DNA from: a virus
Length of the DNA stretch: 64,000 nucleotides
Virus record (IMG/VR): IMGVR_UViG_3300028591_000199
Span: 4,163-68,162 of that record
Direction: 5' to 3' (one strand)
The notes beneath the pieces are model-generated. The model saw only the letters and a program-made list of their open reading frames with translations, did not search any database and was not told where the DNA came from. The translations under genes were made by a program, and so were the position numbers. Below, one piece after another: positions 41,464 through 50,748 of this stretch. Positions within the stretch are counted from its first letter, which is position 1. Each line of letters begins with the position of its first letter.

Positions 41464-42436
41464 CCTCCACGATAAATTCTTCTTCTTCTTTCATCGTGAA
41501 GCCATCATTATCATACTCATCTAAATCATGTTCAGTTTGCAAATCATAAAGTGAAGCTTCATTTTGTTCAACACGATGAAGTGCATTTAAGCGTTGAGTA
41601 ATTTCGTCTCCAATCCCACCCTCATTAACATATAAACGTTGGTTATAACTTTCAATATTCTTCAAAGTTTCATCAATTACATCACGAGTAGTCCCATCAT
41701 AGAATTTGTTTTGGTGACCTCTCTTCTCAAGCCAATGTCCGACTTCTGCAAAAGAATCAAAATCAACAGCATTTTTCGTATTCTTTGGTGTAAACTCCGC
41801 AACCTTTACGAGTCTATCATAACTTGTAATAAATTTATCAACTTTCTCATCACCTGCGCGAATTCTACTATCAATTTCAAGTGAGAACTTACAAATTTTC
41901 TGCGCCTGGTCGGTTTGTAACGCGCCATTGACATTTTGAGAAGTTAGCAATCCTTGGAATAAATCCTCTAAATAATAAAGCTCATCCTCATCATAATTCG
42001 CGCCCCATTTGCGGTGCAAATCTTGAATGTGTTTCTCATGAATAAGAGGAAGCTCTTCCTCAATCATACCTCTTTCGCGCAACTCTCTATACTGCTTATT
42101 ATAATCTGCCCATCCGAGTGATTCATAACATTGATCTGCAAAGACGCGCGCGTATACAGGCCAGGTATTTTCAGTCCCATTTAATTCTTCCAATCTAACC
42201 CATTCCTTTACAATCCAAGGAATGTCAGCCCATTGACAAACTTTATCAATCCAAACCCATTCATACTCATGCGCTTTCAAAAACTCATTTACGCATCCAT
42301 TACAAATTGGTAAATGCCCATCACTAAAAAAGATTGAATGACTTACACTAAAATCTTCAAGTGAGAGATAAGTCTTACATCTCGGGCATTGCTTTCCCTG
42401 AAATGCTTTCTTTGGAATTTTTGGTTCTAATGGCAT
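41447..42436 (-). CDS. putative terminase small subunit with N-terminal Zn finger
   Basis: CPRC...PICNGC; KWG motif; acidic tail; immediately upstream of TerL; start MPLEPK chosen over the longer ORF. Confidence 0.5.
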   Translation of the reverse strand: MPLEPKIPKKAFQGKQCPRCKTYLSLEDFSVSHSIFFSDGHLPICNGCVNEFLKAHEYEWVWIDKVCQWADIPWIVKEWVRLEELNGTENTWPVYARVFADQCYESLGWADYNKQYRELRERGMIEEELPLIHEKHIQDLHRKWGANYDEDELYYLEDLFQGLLTSQNVNGALQTDQAQKICKFSLEIDSRIRAGDEKVDKFITSYDRLVKVAEFTPKNTKNAVDFDSFAEVGHWLEKRGHQNKFYDGTTRDVIDETLKNIESYNQRLYVNEGGIGDEITQRLNALHRVEQNEASLYDLQTEHDLDEYDNDGFTMKEEEEFIVEDEGDE

Positions 42437-42698
42437 TTTTCCGTTTATCCTCCTTATTGGCGGCGCATAGAATCTGATAAAGTTCACGTCTGCGCAAACG
42501 AGGCGCTCGCGCATAGGATTCCATAACGTCCTTGAACAGAATTTCAAAGGGGCGCGCAACTTGTTTGCCAGACTCGTCAACTTCATCCTCTACAAGCTTT
42601 ACACCCAATATCTTACAAACTCCTAAAAAAGTTGTAGGTTCTTGGATTTTTGAAATTTCAGTCATGAATTTCTGATTCATGCTCTTATTCTTATTCAT
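42375..42698 (-). CDS. hypothetical protein
   Basis: ORF following 42703..44016 with AGAGG SD. Confidence 0.5.
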   Translation of the reverse strand: MNKNKSMNQKFMTEISKIQEPTTFLGVCKILGVKLVEDEVDESGKQVARPFEILFKDVMESYARAPRLRRRELYQILCAANKEDKRKNAIRTKNSKESISGKAMPEM

Positions 42699-42702
42699 TG
42701 GC

Positions 42703-44016
42703 TCATTTACCTCTTTTTTCTCTCAATTTTTTATCGCATTGTTTACAACGCGGTGAAAGCCCATCTTTATTTTTAGATTTCTTCATAAAATTATTTGAAG
42801 ACCGCAATAAGGTGCGGCCGCAATCTAAGCAAGTCTTAAACTCTTCCTCAAACATTAAATTTCTAACTGTTTCTGCGTGGAGATTTGCGGTCTCTGCAAT
42901 AGTAGGTAAAATCGATTGTCTATAAAGTGTACTAATATAATTAAGTGTATAGTGACGTCCTCCAGCGGATTCGATTGCACTTACGATGCGCGCGTTGTCC
43001 CATTTTAGTTCTTTTCCTTTTAATATAATGCGCTGAAAGTCCTTTAATGGAGCGAGCGCAACATATGTATCCCACAAATCCAAGATCCATTTTAGATTTG
43101 ACTCGAGGTTTGGCTTTGATTCTGCGGCAGCCCTTAAATCTCCAAGGTGTTCAACCCAGCTTACGAGATGCGCCGGATCATTAAATTTGAAGGTGCGCGC
43201 GCATTGTGAGCCGGAACTCCAAAGCCAGTCACTTAAAACTCTAAGTTCTTCTTCTTGAAAGTCTTGAGGTTCTGGAAAACGATCTTTGCGTAGTAGTTTT
43301 GCCCATAAGTCTGGTTTATCAATAAAGCTTAGTGGTTCTACATTGATGTCTTCTCCCCATAAAAATGTCTCATCTTCGTGATAGACTGGTGTAGTCGCGC
43401 CCAGTATGCTCGGCGCATAATAATCTCTTAATGTATATTGCTGTCTTCTCAACTCAACTAATAAGTGCTTCAACTTTAAAAACTGAAACATATTGAGAGA
43501 TGCTGCGCGTTGTTTAAAGGCTTCGAGGTCTGGCGCAGAGAATCGGCTTATGAGTTTTTCGCGCGGAGGTTTGGTGCGCCGGTTGTGGTCGATTTCCCAA
43601 AATTCAATAATTAAGTCTGTCTCATCAATTTGCGCCCATAGTTGTTCGAGTTGAGCTAACAAGTTAGGCGGAGCCTTTTGTCGTGCTTCTTCGCGCGAAA
43701 ATTGGAGACGAGGCACCTTATATGCCGGTTTTGAGGACGCGCGCAGCATGGATTCGTTGAAGGTAGGGGACTCTAAAAGGGCTTCGAGTGATTCGGGTTG
43801 GGAGGAGTCCCATGTACGGGATGAGGTTTCGAGTTCGAGTCCTTCTTGGCGTCCATTTAAACCGGTTTGAGGATCTTTGCCCCATAATATATATTTACCC
43901 ATCATGTCGAGTTCTTCTTCATTGGGCGTATAAGTTATAGTTTTAAGGTAGGAGCTTACGAATTGGTTACGTTCAGGACGAGTCTGTAAGTTCCAGTCGA
44001 GTTTTAGTCTGCTCAT
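42703..44016 (-). CDS. hypothetical protein with C-terminal Zn finger (possible DNA-binding regulator)
   Basis: CLDC...DGLSPRCKQC; own promoter. Confidence 0.55.
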   Translation of the reverse strand: MSRLKLDWNLQTRPERNQFVSSYLKTITYTPNEEELDMMGKYILWGKDPQTGLNGRQEGLELETSSRTWDSSQPESLEALLESPTFNESMLRASSKPAYKVPRLQFSREEARQKAPPNLLAQLEQLWAQIDETDLIIEFWEIDHNRRTKPPREKLISRFSAPDLEAFKQRAASLNMFQFLKLKHLLVELRRQQYTLRDYYAPSILGATTPVYHEDETFLWGEDINVEPLSFIDKPDLWAKLLRKDRFPEPQDFQEEELRVLSDWLWSSGSQCARTFKFNDPAHLVSWVEHLGDLRAAAESKPNLESNLKWILDLWDTYVALAPLKDFQRIILKGKELKWDNARIVSAIESAGGRHYTLNYISTLYRQSILPTIAETANLHAETVRNLMFEEEFKTCLDCGRTLLRSSNNFMKKSKNKDGLSPRCKQCDKKLREKRGK

Positions 44017-44058
44017 TTTTAGGTATATATTGTACTCCTAAGTCTATTTTCTGAATTT

Positions 44059-44087
44059 ATTATACACAAATTTGGGGGAGAATGCAA
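44059..44087 (-). promoter_or_regulatory. sigma-A-type promoter
   Basis: TTGCAT-17 bp-TATAAT on the minus strand. Confidence 0.6.
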
Positions 44088-44396
44088 ATTTTCGGGCAAG
44101 CAGGTTTATAAGTAGAGCATATAGGATGAAATTTTAGGCGAGGGATATAAAATGAAAATTTTATTTCGATGGGAATTGTTTCCAGGGCAATTTCCAATTT
44201 TTACCAGTATTTCCAAAAATCCCAAAATACACCCCCCTAGTTTTGGAAAATCTTGGAAGCATCACTTTGTTACTTCCATATATTGGAAATGATGCTGCTG
44301 AAGCAGTACCCTCCCCTCGCGCCCGCCCTCTCAAAGATATAGAAGCTAAAAAAGGAAGGATTTCCAAATCCTTCCAGCAGTCCACTTGTTAAATTT

Positions 44397-44582
44397 TTAA
44401 CGATGTCTTCTTTGCACCACTTGCACCACTACAAGCGCAATTAAAGCAACACAAAGCGCAATTAAAAGCCCAATCACGAAGACTTTGGTAGAAATTTCCA
44501 TTGACTCCACGAACGCGCCGAGCATAGCAAGAATGGTAAATATTGCCACTACAACCAATATACGAGATAAGAATGATTTCAC
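44397..44582 (-). CDS. small two-TM membrane protein
   Basis: Two hydrophobic stretches; SD AGAGAGGG; promoter TTGAAA-17-TATACT. Confidence 0.6.
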   Translation of the reverse strand: MKSFLSRILVVVAIFTILAMLGAFVESMEISTKVFVIGLLIALCVALIALVVVQVVQRRHR

Positions 44583-44647
44583 TTTTCAAGCCCTCTCTTT
44601 TCTTTTATTACTATAAGTATAACATAGTTTTAAAACTATTTCAAGTT

Positions 44648-45097
44648 TTAGTTATTGATATACTTTAAGATTGAAACAAGTTCGGTTGCATTGTACGCAA
44701 GGTTAGCGCGACGATTGCACCATTCAAGACGGTTCGCATATTCGTCATCGAATAAGATACCCTCTCTGCCATTGCCTTTCGGTGTGCCGTAAGGTATAAT
44801 GTCAATGTGAGTAAAGTTTACGCTTGCGAGGTGTTTACGAAGCCATTTGATTTTTGCTTTTGCAACTTCGGCATTGTATTTTGCATTTCCATTTTTTGCC
44901 GTCCAAGATACAATATTTATTTCGTATCCCTTGCGATTTGCATTGTTGAGAAGTCTTGCGAGAGATTGAAGATTGATAAGTCCTTTTGCTTCGGTATAAG
45001 GGCGAACCCTCTCGGCGTTCAGGTCTTCAAGCCAGCCGTTGACCGCGTAAAGGTCTGCTATCGTTCCGTCCATATCTAACCATATTGCCTTTATCAT
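44648..45097 (-). CDS. HAD-family (5'-nucleotidase-like) phosphatase, copy 1
   Basis: LDMDGTIADL, SW, K, ILFDD. Confidence 0.75.
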   Translation of the reverse strand: MIKAIWLDMDGTIADLYAVNGWLEDLNAERVRPYTEAKGLINLQSLARLLNNANRKGYEINIVSWTAKNGNAKYNAEVAKAKIKWLRKHLASVNFTHIDIIPYGTPKGNGREGILFDDEYANRLEWCNRRANLAYNATELVSILKYINN

Positions 45098-45208
45098 TGT
45101 TGTTACCTCTCTTTCTATATATAGTATATCACAAGTAAAGATATATGTCAAGGATATAATACAATGTTCATAAATTGTTTACAATTGCGCACCCGGGCGC
45201 AACCGACT

Positions 45209-45226
45209 TTGTTAAATATTTAACAA
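45209..45226. promoter_or_regulatory. Rex-box-like palindrome TTGTTAA-N4-TTAACAA (also 45899-45916; near match 44386-44403)
   Basis: Perfect palindrome matching the clostridial Rex consensus. Confidence 0.55.
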
Positions 45227-45297
45227 TCACTTTAGTATGGTAAAGTACTAATATAATAATATTTTAATATGGTAAAGTATTACTATAAAAGAAAAGT

Positions 45298-45741
45298 TCA
45301 AGCCACGCAGGACTTGAACCATTCTCTCATCTGTTTGCTCTCGCACTTACAACGGACTTTCATTCCACCGCCGTTCTTATCGCTTTCTCTTTCGAGATTA
45401 CCGAACACTCTCAAGAAGTTGGCGAACTCTGTCAAGGTCATTATGTAGGCGGTCAGGTCATTCGTTACATAAGCGACTTGTGTGCTTGCCGTGCGCGCCG
45501 TATAATCGTTGATTTTTTCTTCAAGCGTTTCGCCGTAGTTAAGTCTTGCACTCACAAGAGTAAATCTTTCGCTTTTTACACTCATTTTCAAGGATTTGAT
45601 ATCACTGTCTATGTCGAACGGAACACTGTCTTTTGCGTGTTCGGTTTCGCCCGCGATTTGAAGAGCGACAAGGCGTTCTTTCCATTCGCCTTTATTTTCG
45701 TTTGCGTATCTTTCCATATATTTCATCTGAATTGCTTTCAT
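45298..45741 (-). CDS. hypothetical protein (possible PD-(D/E)xK-like fold)
   Basis: Own promoter TTGACA-17-TATACT and SD; SDI..SVKS motif. Confidence 0.6.
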   Translation of the reverse strand: MKAIQMKYMERYANENKGEWKERLVALQIAGETEHAKDSVPFDIDSDIKSLKMSVKSERFTLVSARLNYGETLEEKINDYTARTASTQVAYVTNDLTAYIMTLTEFANFLRVFGNLERESDKNGGGMKVRCKCESKQMREWFKSCVA

Positions 45742-45975
45742 TGTGATTCCCTCTCTTTCTTTCTGTATATAGTATATCATACTACCGGTATTTTGTCAAG
45801 AGAAAATCAAAAAGTTTTTATTGTCAATATATACAAAATTAGAGGTGAGATTTTGTGCATATTGACTAGTTGGACCCGGGTGCAAGACGAAACCGACTTT
45901 GTTAAATTTTTAACAAGGGCACTCCGACCCGGGTCAAAATACCCGGGCGCGAAAAAGCGGATTATTAGTCCGCTT

Positions 45976-46188
45976 TTACAATTCGAGACCTATTCCGTTG
46001 AACACACTCCAGCCTTCTCCGATGGTGTAGAGATAAAGAACTTCGCCAGTCAAACCATCAATCATTATAACTTCTTTTGCATCCTCGGCAGCGGTAAAAG
46101 CCTTAAAGTAGAAAATTGCGAGTTCCTTATCTATAACTCTTTTAATAACTTCTTTACCCTCATAAGTTTTTACTGAAATCTGAAACAT
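45976..46188 (-). CDS. small hypothetical protein
   Basis: Promoter TTGATT-17-TATAAT, SD AGAGAGGT, terminator AAGCGGA/TCCGCTT. Confidence 0.7.
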   Translation of the reverse strand: MFQISVKTYEGKEVIKRVIDKELAIFYFKAFTAAEDAKEVIMIDGLTGEVLYLYTIGEGWSVFNGIGLEL

Positions 46189-46437
46189 ATCTTTTAACCT
46201 CTCTTTCTTGTACATTTATATTATACTATAAAAGAAAACAAAAATCAAGCACTATAAGAATTGTTTACAAAATGTTCACACTTCCGCGCCGAGTACCCGG
46301 GTCAAAATACCCGGGCATAAGGGTAGTTCTTATGGTAAAAATTGGGAATATGTATGAGTTCCATAAAATAATTATTTTACGGAATTCATCGCGCAAAAGA
46401 AAACGCGCGCAGAAGCGCACGCTTTCTCTATTGGTAT

Positions 46438-46788
46438 TTATTTCCAGCCTTCCATCCATCCACTATATCTAACGGAAATAATTTCATCGTCTTTGATGTC
46501 TTCAGTGCCTTTACTGTCGAAAATTATTGAGCAAATGTCACCGATTTCCCAATCTTCGCCACTCTCTTCAAGATAGAATTGCCAAAGATTACCATTAAAA
46601 TCTCTTACTGTTACAAGGTCATTTGCTTCGTGGATTTCTTCGACGATTGTAGCGAGCGGATAAAGATTATTGAGCATTTTGTCATTATCTTTTTCAAACT
46701 TTATTATTGTAATGACTGTTCCAATAAAGACGGCAAGTATTAAGACAAATGCAATAATAAGCGCGATACTTTGTTGCTTGTTTAACAT
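46438..46788 (-). CDS. hypothetical protein with N-terminal TM/signal anchor
   Basis: Hydrophobic N-terminus; SD AAAGGAGAG. Confidence 0.7.
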   Translation of the reverse strand: MLNKQQSIALIIAFVLILAVFIGTVITIIKFEKDNDKMLNNLYPLATIVEEIHEANDLVTVRDFNGNLWQFYLEESGEDWEIGDICSIIFDSKGTEDIKDDEIISVRYSGWMEGWK

Positions 46789-46806
46789 TGTTTTGCTCTC
46801 CTTTTT

Positions 46807-47010
46807 TTAGTAAATACGAATTACCTTTTCGACTTCACGACCGTCTTCATCTATAACCATATCAAACTCCGCGTCGGCGGTGAGCCAAAGGTCTTCATTC
46901 TTATAATCCCAGCCTTCATTCGCGGTATAGTCATCATAGACTGTCACGCGCAAGTCGCCGTATTTTGCCTTGAGTGCTTCGAGCTTTTTAATCATTTCAC
47001 TAATGGTCAT
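46807..47010 (-). CDS. small hypothetical protein
   Basis: Promoter TTGATT-17-TGaTATAAT; SD AGAGAGGT. Confidence 0.7.
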   Translation of the reverse strand: MTISEMIKKLEALKAKYGDLRVTVYDDYTANEGWDYKNEDLWLTADAEFDMVIDEDGREVEKVIRIY

Positions 47011-47305
47011 TTTGTTTACCTCTCTTTTCTTCTGTGATTATATTATATCACATAAAAAGTTAAAAATCAAGCATTATCAAAATTGTTTACAAAATGTTCA
47101 CATTTTCGCGCCGGGTCGCGCGACCCGGGTACGGACCCGGGTCTGGGATTCACCCGGGTCCGCGCTTTAGCGTGGTAAAGTGCTAAAGTGGCGCAGCCTG
47201 CGCGCCTATAAAAAGCGGTTAGCCTACGCTAACCGCCTATATAATCGCGCTCGCGCCGAGGTAAAGCGTTTGCGCGCTGTCTGGTAAAGGTTGGAAGGCA
47301 GATTT

Positions 47306-47674
47306 TTAATCTGCCTTCGCTACGCGTTCAGCCTTCATCTTGGCTTTGGCTTCGCGCTGTGCCTTATCGCGCGCTATCTTGCGCGCCTTTGCCTCTGCGC
47401 TTTTCTGCGCTTTTTCGGCTTTTTCCGCGACCTTCATCGCGTAACTGTCCGCGACGGAATAACCGTCATAGACATCGCCCTCACGCGAACCCGTAGGGAC
47501 TTTGAAGGTGAGAACGACAAATTCATCGTTGCCTTCATCATCGACACAAGGGAGCGCGATTTCGTTCGAGTTAGTCACAAGGACTTCCTCGCCCTGCCCT
47601 TCAAGGTAGGAGCGCACCGCGTTCATATAACGCGCGCGGAGAGTTTCGTGGAGAGCCTTTTTAGAAGTTGCCAT
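47306..47674 (-). CDS. hypothetical protein with Lys/Ala-rich tail (paralogue of 53956..54312)
   Basis: GEEVL-TNSNE, VLTFKVPTGSR-GD-YDGY shared. Confidence 0.75.
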   Translation of the reverse strand: MATSKKALHETLRARYMNAVRSYLEGQGEEVLVTNSNEIALPCVDDEGNDEFVVLTFKVPTGSREGDVYDGYSVADSYAMKVAEKAEKAQKSAEAKARKIARDKAQREAKAKMKAERVAKAD

Positions 47675-47834
47675 AGAGAACACCTCACTTTTCTTTTACT
47701 GTAATAATTATAGCACAAAAGTTTTAATTTGTCAAGTACTTTTTCTCAATTTCTATAATTATTATATCATAATTTTTTAAAAATTGCAAATTTGTTAAAA
47801 TTTTCCAGTGCCCGGGTACGTGTAGATTTTAAAT

Positions 47835-48080
47835 CTACACGTATAACATTATGAGAAAATAGACATTCAAGGCAACATTTGCCAAGTGCATTATCAACCC
47901 ATTGATGTGCCTATCTACGGTTATATCCTTAATGATACCGATAAGAGCAACGGCAAGACCAAACCAAGCAATAGACAAGCCGTAAATCATAATCAGTATG
48001 ACATTAATTACAGTTATAAACGCGCGCAAGTCATTCCATTCAAAAGTATATGCTTCGTGAATACGGAAAAATTTCTTCAT
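47835..48080 (-). CDS. small membrane protein
   Basis: Hydrophobic 81 aa; SD GAAAGGGG. Confidence 0.65.
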   Translation of the reverse strand: MKKFFRIHEAYTFEWNDLRAFITVINVILIMIYGLSIAWFGLAVALIGIIKDITVDRHINGLIMHLANVALNVYFLIMLYV

Positions 48081-48182
48081 TAATTTTTACCCCTTTCTTT
48101 TGGTATATATATTATAATATACAGATATGAACTAGATATGAACGAAATGTAAACATTTTTCGCGCCCGGGCGCGCCTTGCAG

Positions 48183-48623
48183 TCAGGTCAGCGACCGCAA
48201 GACCGCAAGGAGATTTTTTTCATCGTAGGCTTTCCCTCTCCATTCAAGGCGATTGTTCAATTCGTCATCGAACAGAATGTCGTTTACAGAGTGGGCAAAA
48301 GTGCTTTTCGGCGTGCCATAATGGGCGATATGAATTTCATTAAAGGTAACGGACGGAAGGTGCTTTTTCAACCACTTTACTTTAGTAGTATGTACCATTT
48401 TATCATAAGAGTCGGACGCATTTTTGCTTCCCCAACTGATAATGCCGATATTATAACCATTTTTCTGTAATTTTTTCAAAATTTTTGCAAAATGTGCAAA
48501 ATTTACAAGAGGTTTTGCAATTTTATAGGGACGAGGATTTTCTGCCCTTAATTCTGTAAGCCAATTTTCATAACCATAAAGATTGGCGATTGTTCCATCC
48601 ATATCAAAGAATATTGTAGCCAT
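48183..48623 (-). CDS. HAD-family phosphatase, copy 2
   Basis: FDMDGTIANL, WL-KHL-SV-F, YGTPK, ILFDDE; paralogue of 44648..45097. Confidence 0.75.
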   Translation of the reverse strand: MATIFFDMDGTIANLYGYENWLTELRAENPRPYKIAKPLVNFAHFAKILKKLQKNGYNIGIISWGSKNASDSYDKMVHTTKVKWLKKHLPSVTFNEIHIAHYGTPKSTFAHSVNDILFDDELNNRLEWRGKAYDEKNLLAVLRSLT

Positions 48624-48794
48624 TCATTTAAACCCCTTTCTTTTTCTATAATAATTATACTATATTTTTTGAAAAAAGTCAAGAAAAATTTTCGATTGTT
48701 TACAATTTGTTCATAAATTCGCGCGGGGTACCCGGGTGTTATACACCCGGGCGCCGCTTTAACGCATTAAAGCGTTAAAGCGGTGGTTGAGCGG

Positions 48795-49139
48795 TCACTC
48801 CGTTATGGAGTAACCGTTTACCTTGCCCTTGCCTTTGACCTTGACATCAGAGGTTACGAGCAGACCTTCCTTTTTCAACTGCGTAGCAAGCGCGGAAGCC
48901 TTTGCGGTAGTGATACCGAGTTCGGTTGCGAGCGTGGAAGCGGTAGTCTGTCCGTGTTCACGGAGATACGCGACGATTGCTTCCTTGATAGGAGCATTTG
49001 CGATTGCCGTCTTGCTCGGCTTACTTGCGCGCGAAGTGTTGCGCTTGTCGAGTTTTGCGATGGCGGCGGCGGCGAAATCTTTGAGTTCGTCGGATACTGC
49101 GCTTTCGGTGATGGCGGTGAAAAATTCGCGATTAGTCAT
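48795..49139 (-). CDS. winged-helix DNA-binding-like protein (paralogue of 54717..55073)
   Basis: MTNREF.., TAS-LA-ELGI--KA--L--L--EG-L, VKV-GKGK--GY. Confidence 0.65.
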   Translation of the reverse strand: MTNREFFTAITESAVSDELKDFAAAAIAKLDKRNTSRASKPSKTAIANAPIKEAIVAYLREHGQTTASTLATELGITTAKASALATQLKKEGLLVTSDVKVKGKGKVNGYSITE

Positions 49140-49483
49140 AATAGACCTCTTTCTCCCACTCTTTCGCGGTGGGCGCGTAGTTTTATTTTCGAGAGGGATT
49201 ACTTACTTCCCTCATCGTGTCTATATTATATCACACTTTTAAATGTTTGTCAAGGGGTTTTTGAAAAGTTTTTCAAAAATTTTTTCAAGTCTCGATTTCA
49301 TCAAGCAGTTACCGCGGAGTTTGCTCTTCTCTTTTTCCCTTGCCCCTTGACATTATTAATTATACCATAAGGCGCGTAAAATTACAATAGGCAAATTGCA
49401 CAAAGATTCATATCTTTAATTATTAATATTGTGCAAAATGACGGACGCCCGGGCAGGTGGTAATTTTTACCAATAGACTTAAA

Positions 49484-49847
49484 CAAAAAAGCGCAAAGAC
49501 ATAACCTTATGGCTTATCTTTGCGCTTTTAGTCGATTTTTTGTTATTGACTTTGATAGTGTAACCCCGCACAAAGTCTTCTCTGCAAATCGTAAACAGAT
49601 GTAGAAGTAAGGGGGCAATTCCTACTGATTTCTACTCCGCAAGAAACAACATTTAAGCCAAGCAAACAAATCCGCGCCCATTTTACAATTCTTTTTTTAG
49701 TTTTTCGATAACTTAGGGGAAAGAAACAAATGAGAGACCTAAGACCCTATAAACGCCACTTACATCACTTTTTTATAGTCGAGAGTTTAACAAGCAGTAG
49801 ATATTCTCTCCGTAGTCTATAAGGTAAATGCGCACTTCCCTTTCGAC
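49484..49847 (-). ncRNA. putative structured non-coding RNA occupying one cassette
   Basis: Promoter TTGTAA-17-TGaTATAAT (49854-49882), no ORF over ~20 aa seen, several hairpins, terminator 49487-49529. Confidence 0.5.
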
Positions 49848-49973
49848 ATTATTATTATATCACTCTTATAAGAAAATTACAATAGGCAAAATAAATAAAA
49901 TAAAATGAAAATTTGGTATACATTTTGTATATTTTGACGGTGCCCGGGCGAAAACCCACCTAATAGGTAGGTT

Positions 49974-50162
49974 TTACTTGAATGCTCTCCACTCTATTTC
50001 TTCGCGTTTAATCTCATACTCACACGGCGGCATAGATTGAAGCGTACAAGATGGAGTGTCATCATCTGAAAGGCGCAATGGACACGTTTTACAACTATTG
50101 TGAGTTCTGCAAGTCGTTTTAATACAATCAAGTGCCTCAAGCAATATTTCTCTGTCTGTCAT
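49974..50162 (-). CDS. small Cys-rich protein
   Basis: C..C...C..CPL..C; GAGGAG SD; terminator AACCTACC/GGTGGGTT. Confidence 0.65.
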   Translation of the reverse strand: MTDREILLEALDCIKTTCRTHNSCKTCPLRLSDDDTPSCTLQSMPPCEYEIKREEIEWRAFK

Positions 50163-50165
50163 TTT

Positions 50166-50297
50166 TTACTCCTCTGTATTAAAATATTTTTCTTCAAATT
50201 GTTTTATTTCTTTTGCTTCTTCTTCGGTGAAAAGACCTATCGCAAGAGCAAAATCAAGGTATTGTAAGATTGTACAAAAAATTTCATTTTTAGTCAT
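50166..50297 (-). CDS. 43-aa hypothetical protein (MTKNEIFCTILQYLDF...)
   Basis: Read manually; promoter TTGACA-17-TATAAT and GAAAGGA SD. Confidence 0.55.
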   Translation of the reverse strand: MTKNEIFCTILQYLDFALAIGLFTEEEAKEIKQFEEKYFNTEE

Positions 50298-50421
50298 TTT
50301 ATCTTTCCTTTCTGTTTTCTTGATGTATATATTATATCATATAAAAATAATTTTGTCAAGTAGTAAAATTGTAAATAAATTATGAACGTCCACCGGGGCG
50401 AATACCTACCAAGATGGTAGG

Positions 50422-50748
50422 CTATCTGCCATTTGTTGCCATTTCATCTTTCTGCGGAGGGAAGCCAACTTTTGTTTCCATACAAAACTTCCAAGGGTCT
50501 TTATCCTCATCTACTGCATATTCATCAGATTCGGTGTTTTGCATCCAAAAATCGGGGTCTGCTTCCGCAGGTTGGACAAAATCACTTTGAGAAAACTCAT
50601 ACAAGGCATTGCTAACATTTTTCGCGGCTTTATGAATTTCTGGATTGCTTGCGTTGACTTCAATAGTAGTAAAGAGTTCCATTGCTCTACGGATAATATC
50701 GAGTTCATTTTCAGAAAGATAAAGCGTTTCAGATTTTACAAAGTTCAT
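50422..50748 (-). CDS. hypothetical protein
   Basis: Promoter TTGACT-17-TATAAT; SD GAAAGGA; terminator CCTACC/GGTAGG. Confidence 0.7.
   Translation of the reverse strand: MNFVKSETLYLSENELDIIRRAMELFTTIEVNASNPEIHKAAKNVSNALYEFSQSDFVQPAEADPDFWMQNTESDEYAVDEDKDPWKFCMETKVGFPPQKDEMATNGR

Noticed and set aside
44161-44385. 74-aa minus-strand ORF, and + strand ORFs at 55836-56302
   Set aside because: No SD and low-complexity repeat DNA; more plausibly non-coding.
47160-47300. tRNA in GC-rich hairpin stretches (also 56380-56440)
   Set aside because: No cloverleaf, T-loop GTTCRA or CCA end recognisable.
45478-49370. + strand ORFs 45478..46176, 47291..47704, 48783..49370 and 48823..49242
   Set aside because: Antisense to well-supported minus-strand cassettes, some crossing promoters or junction repeats; no SD.
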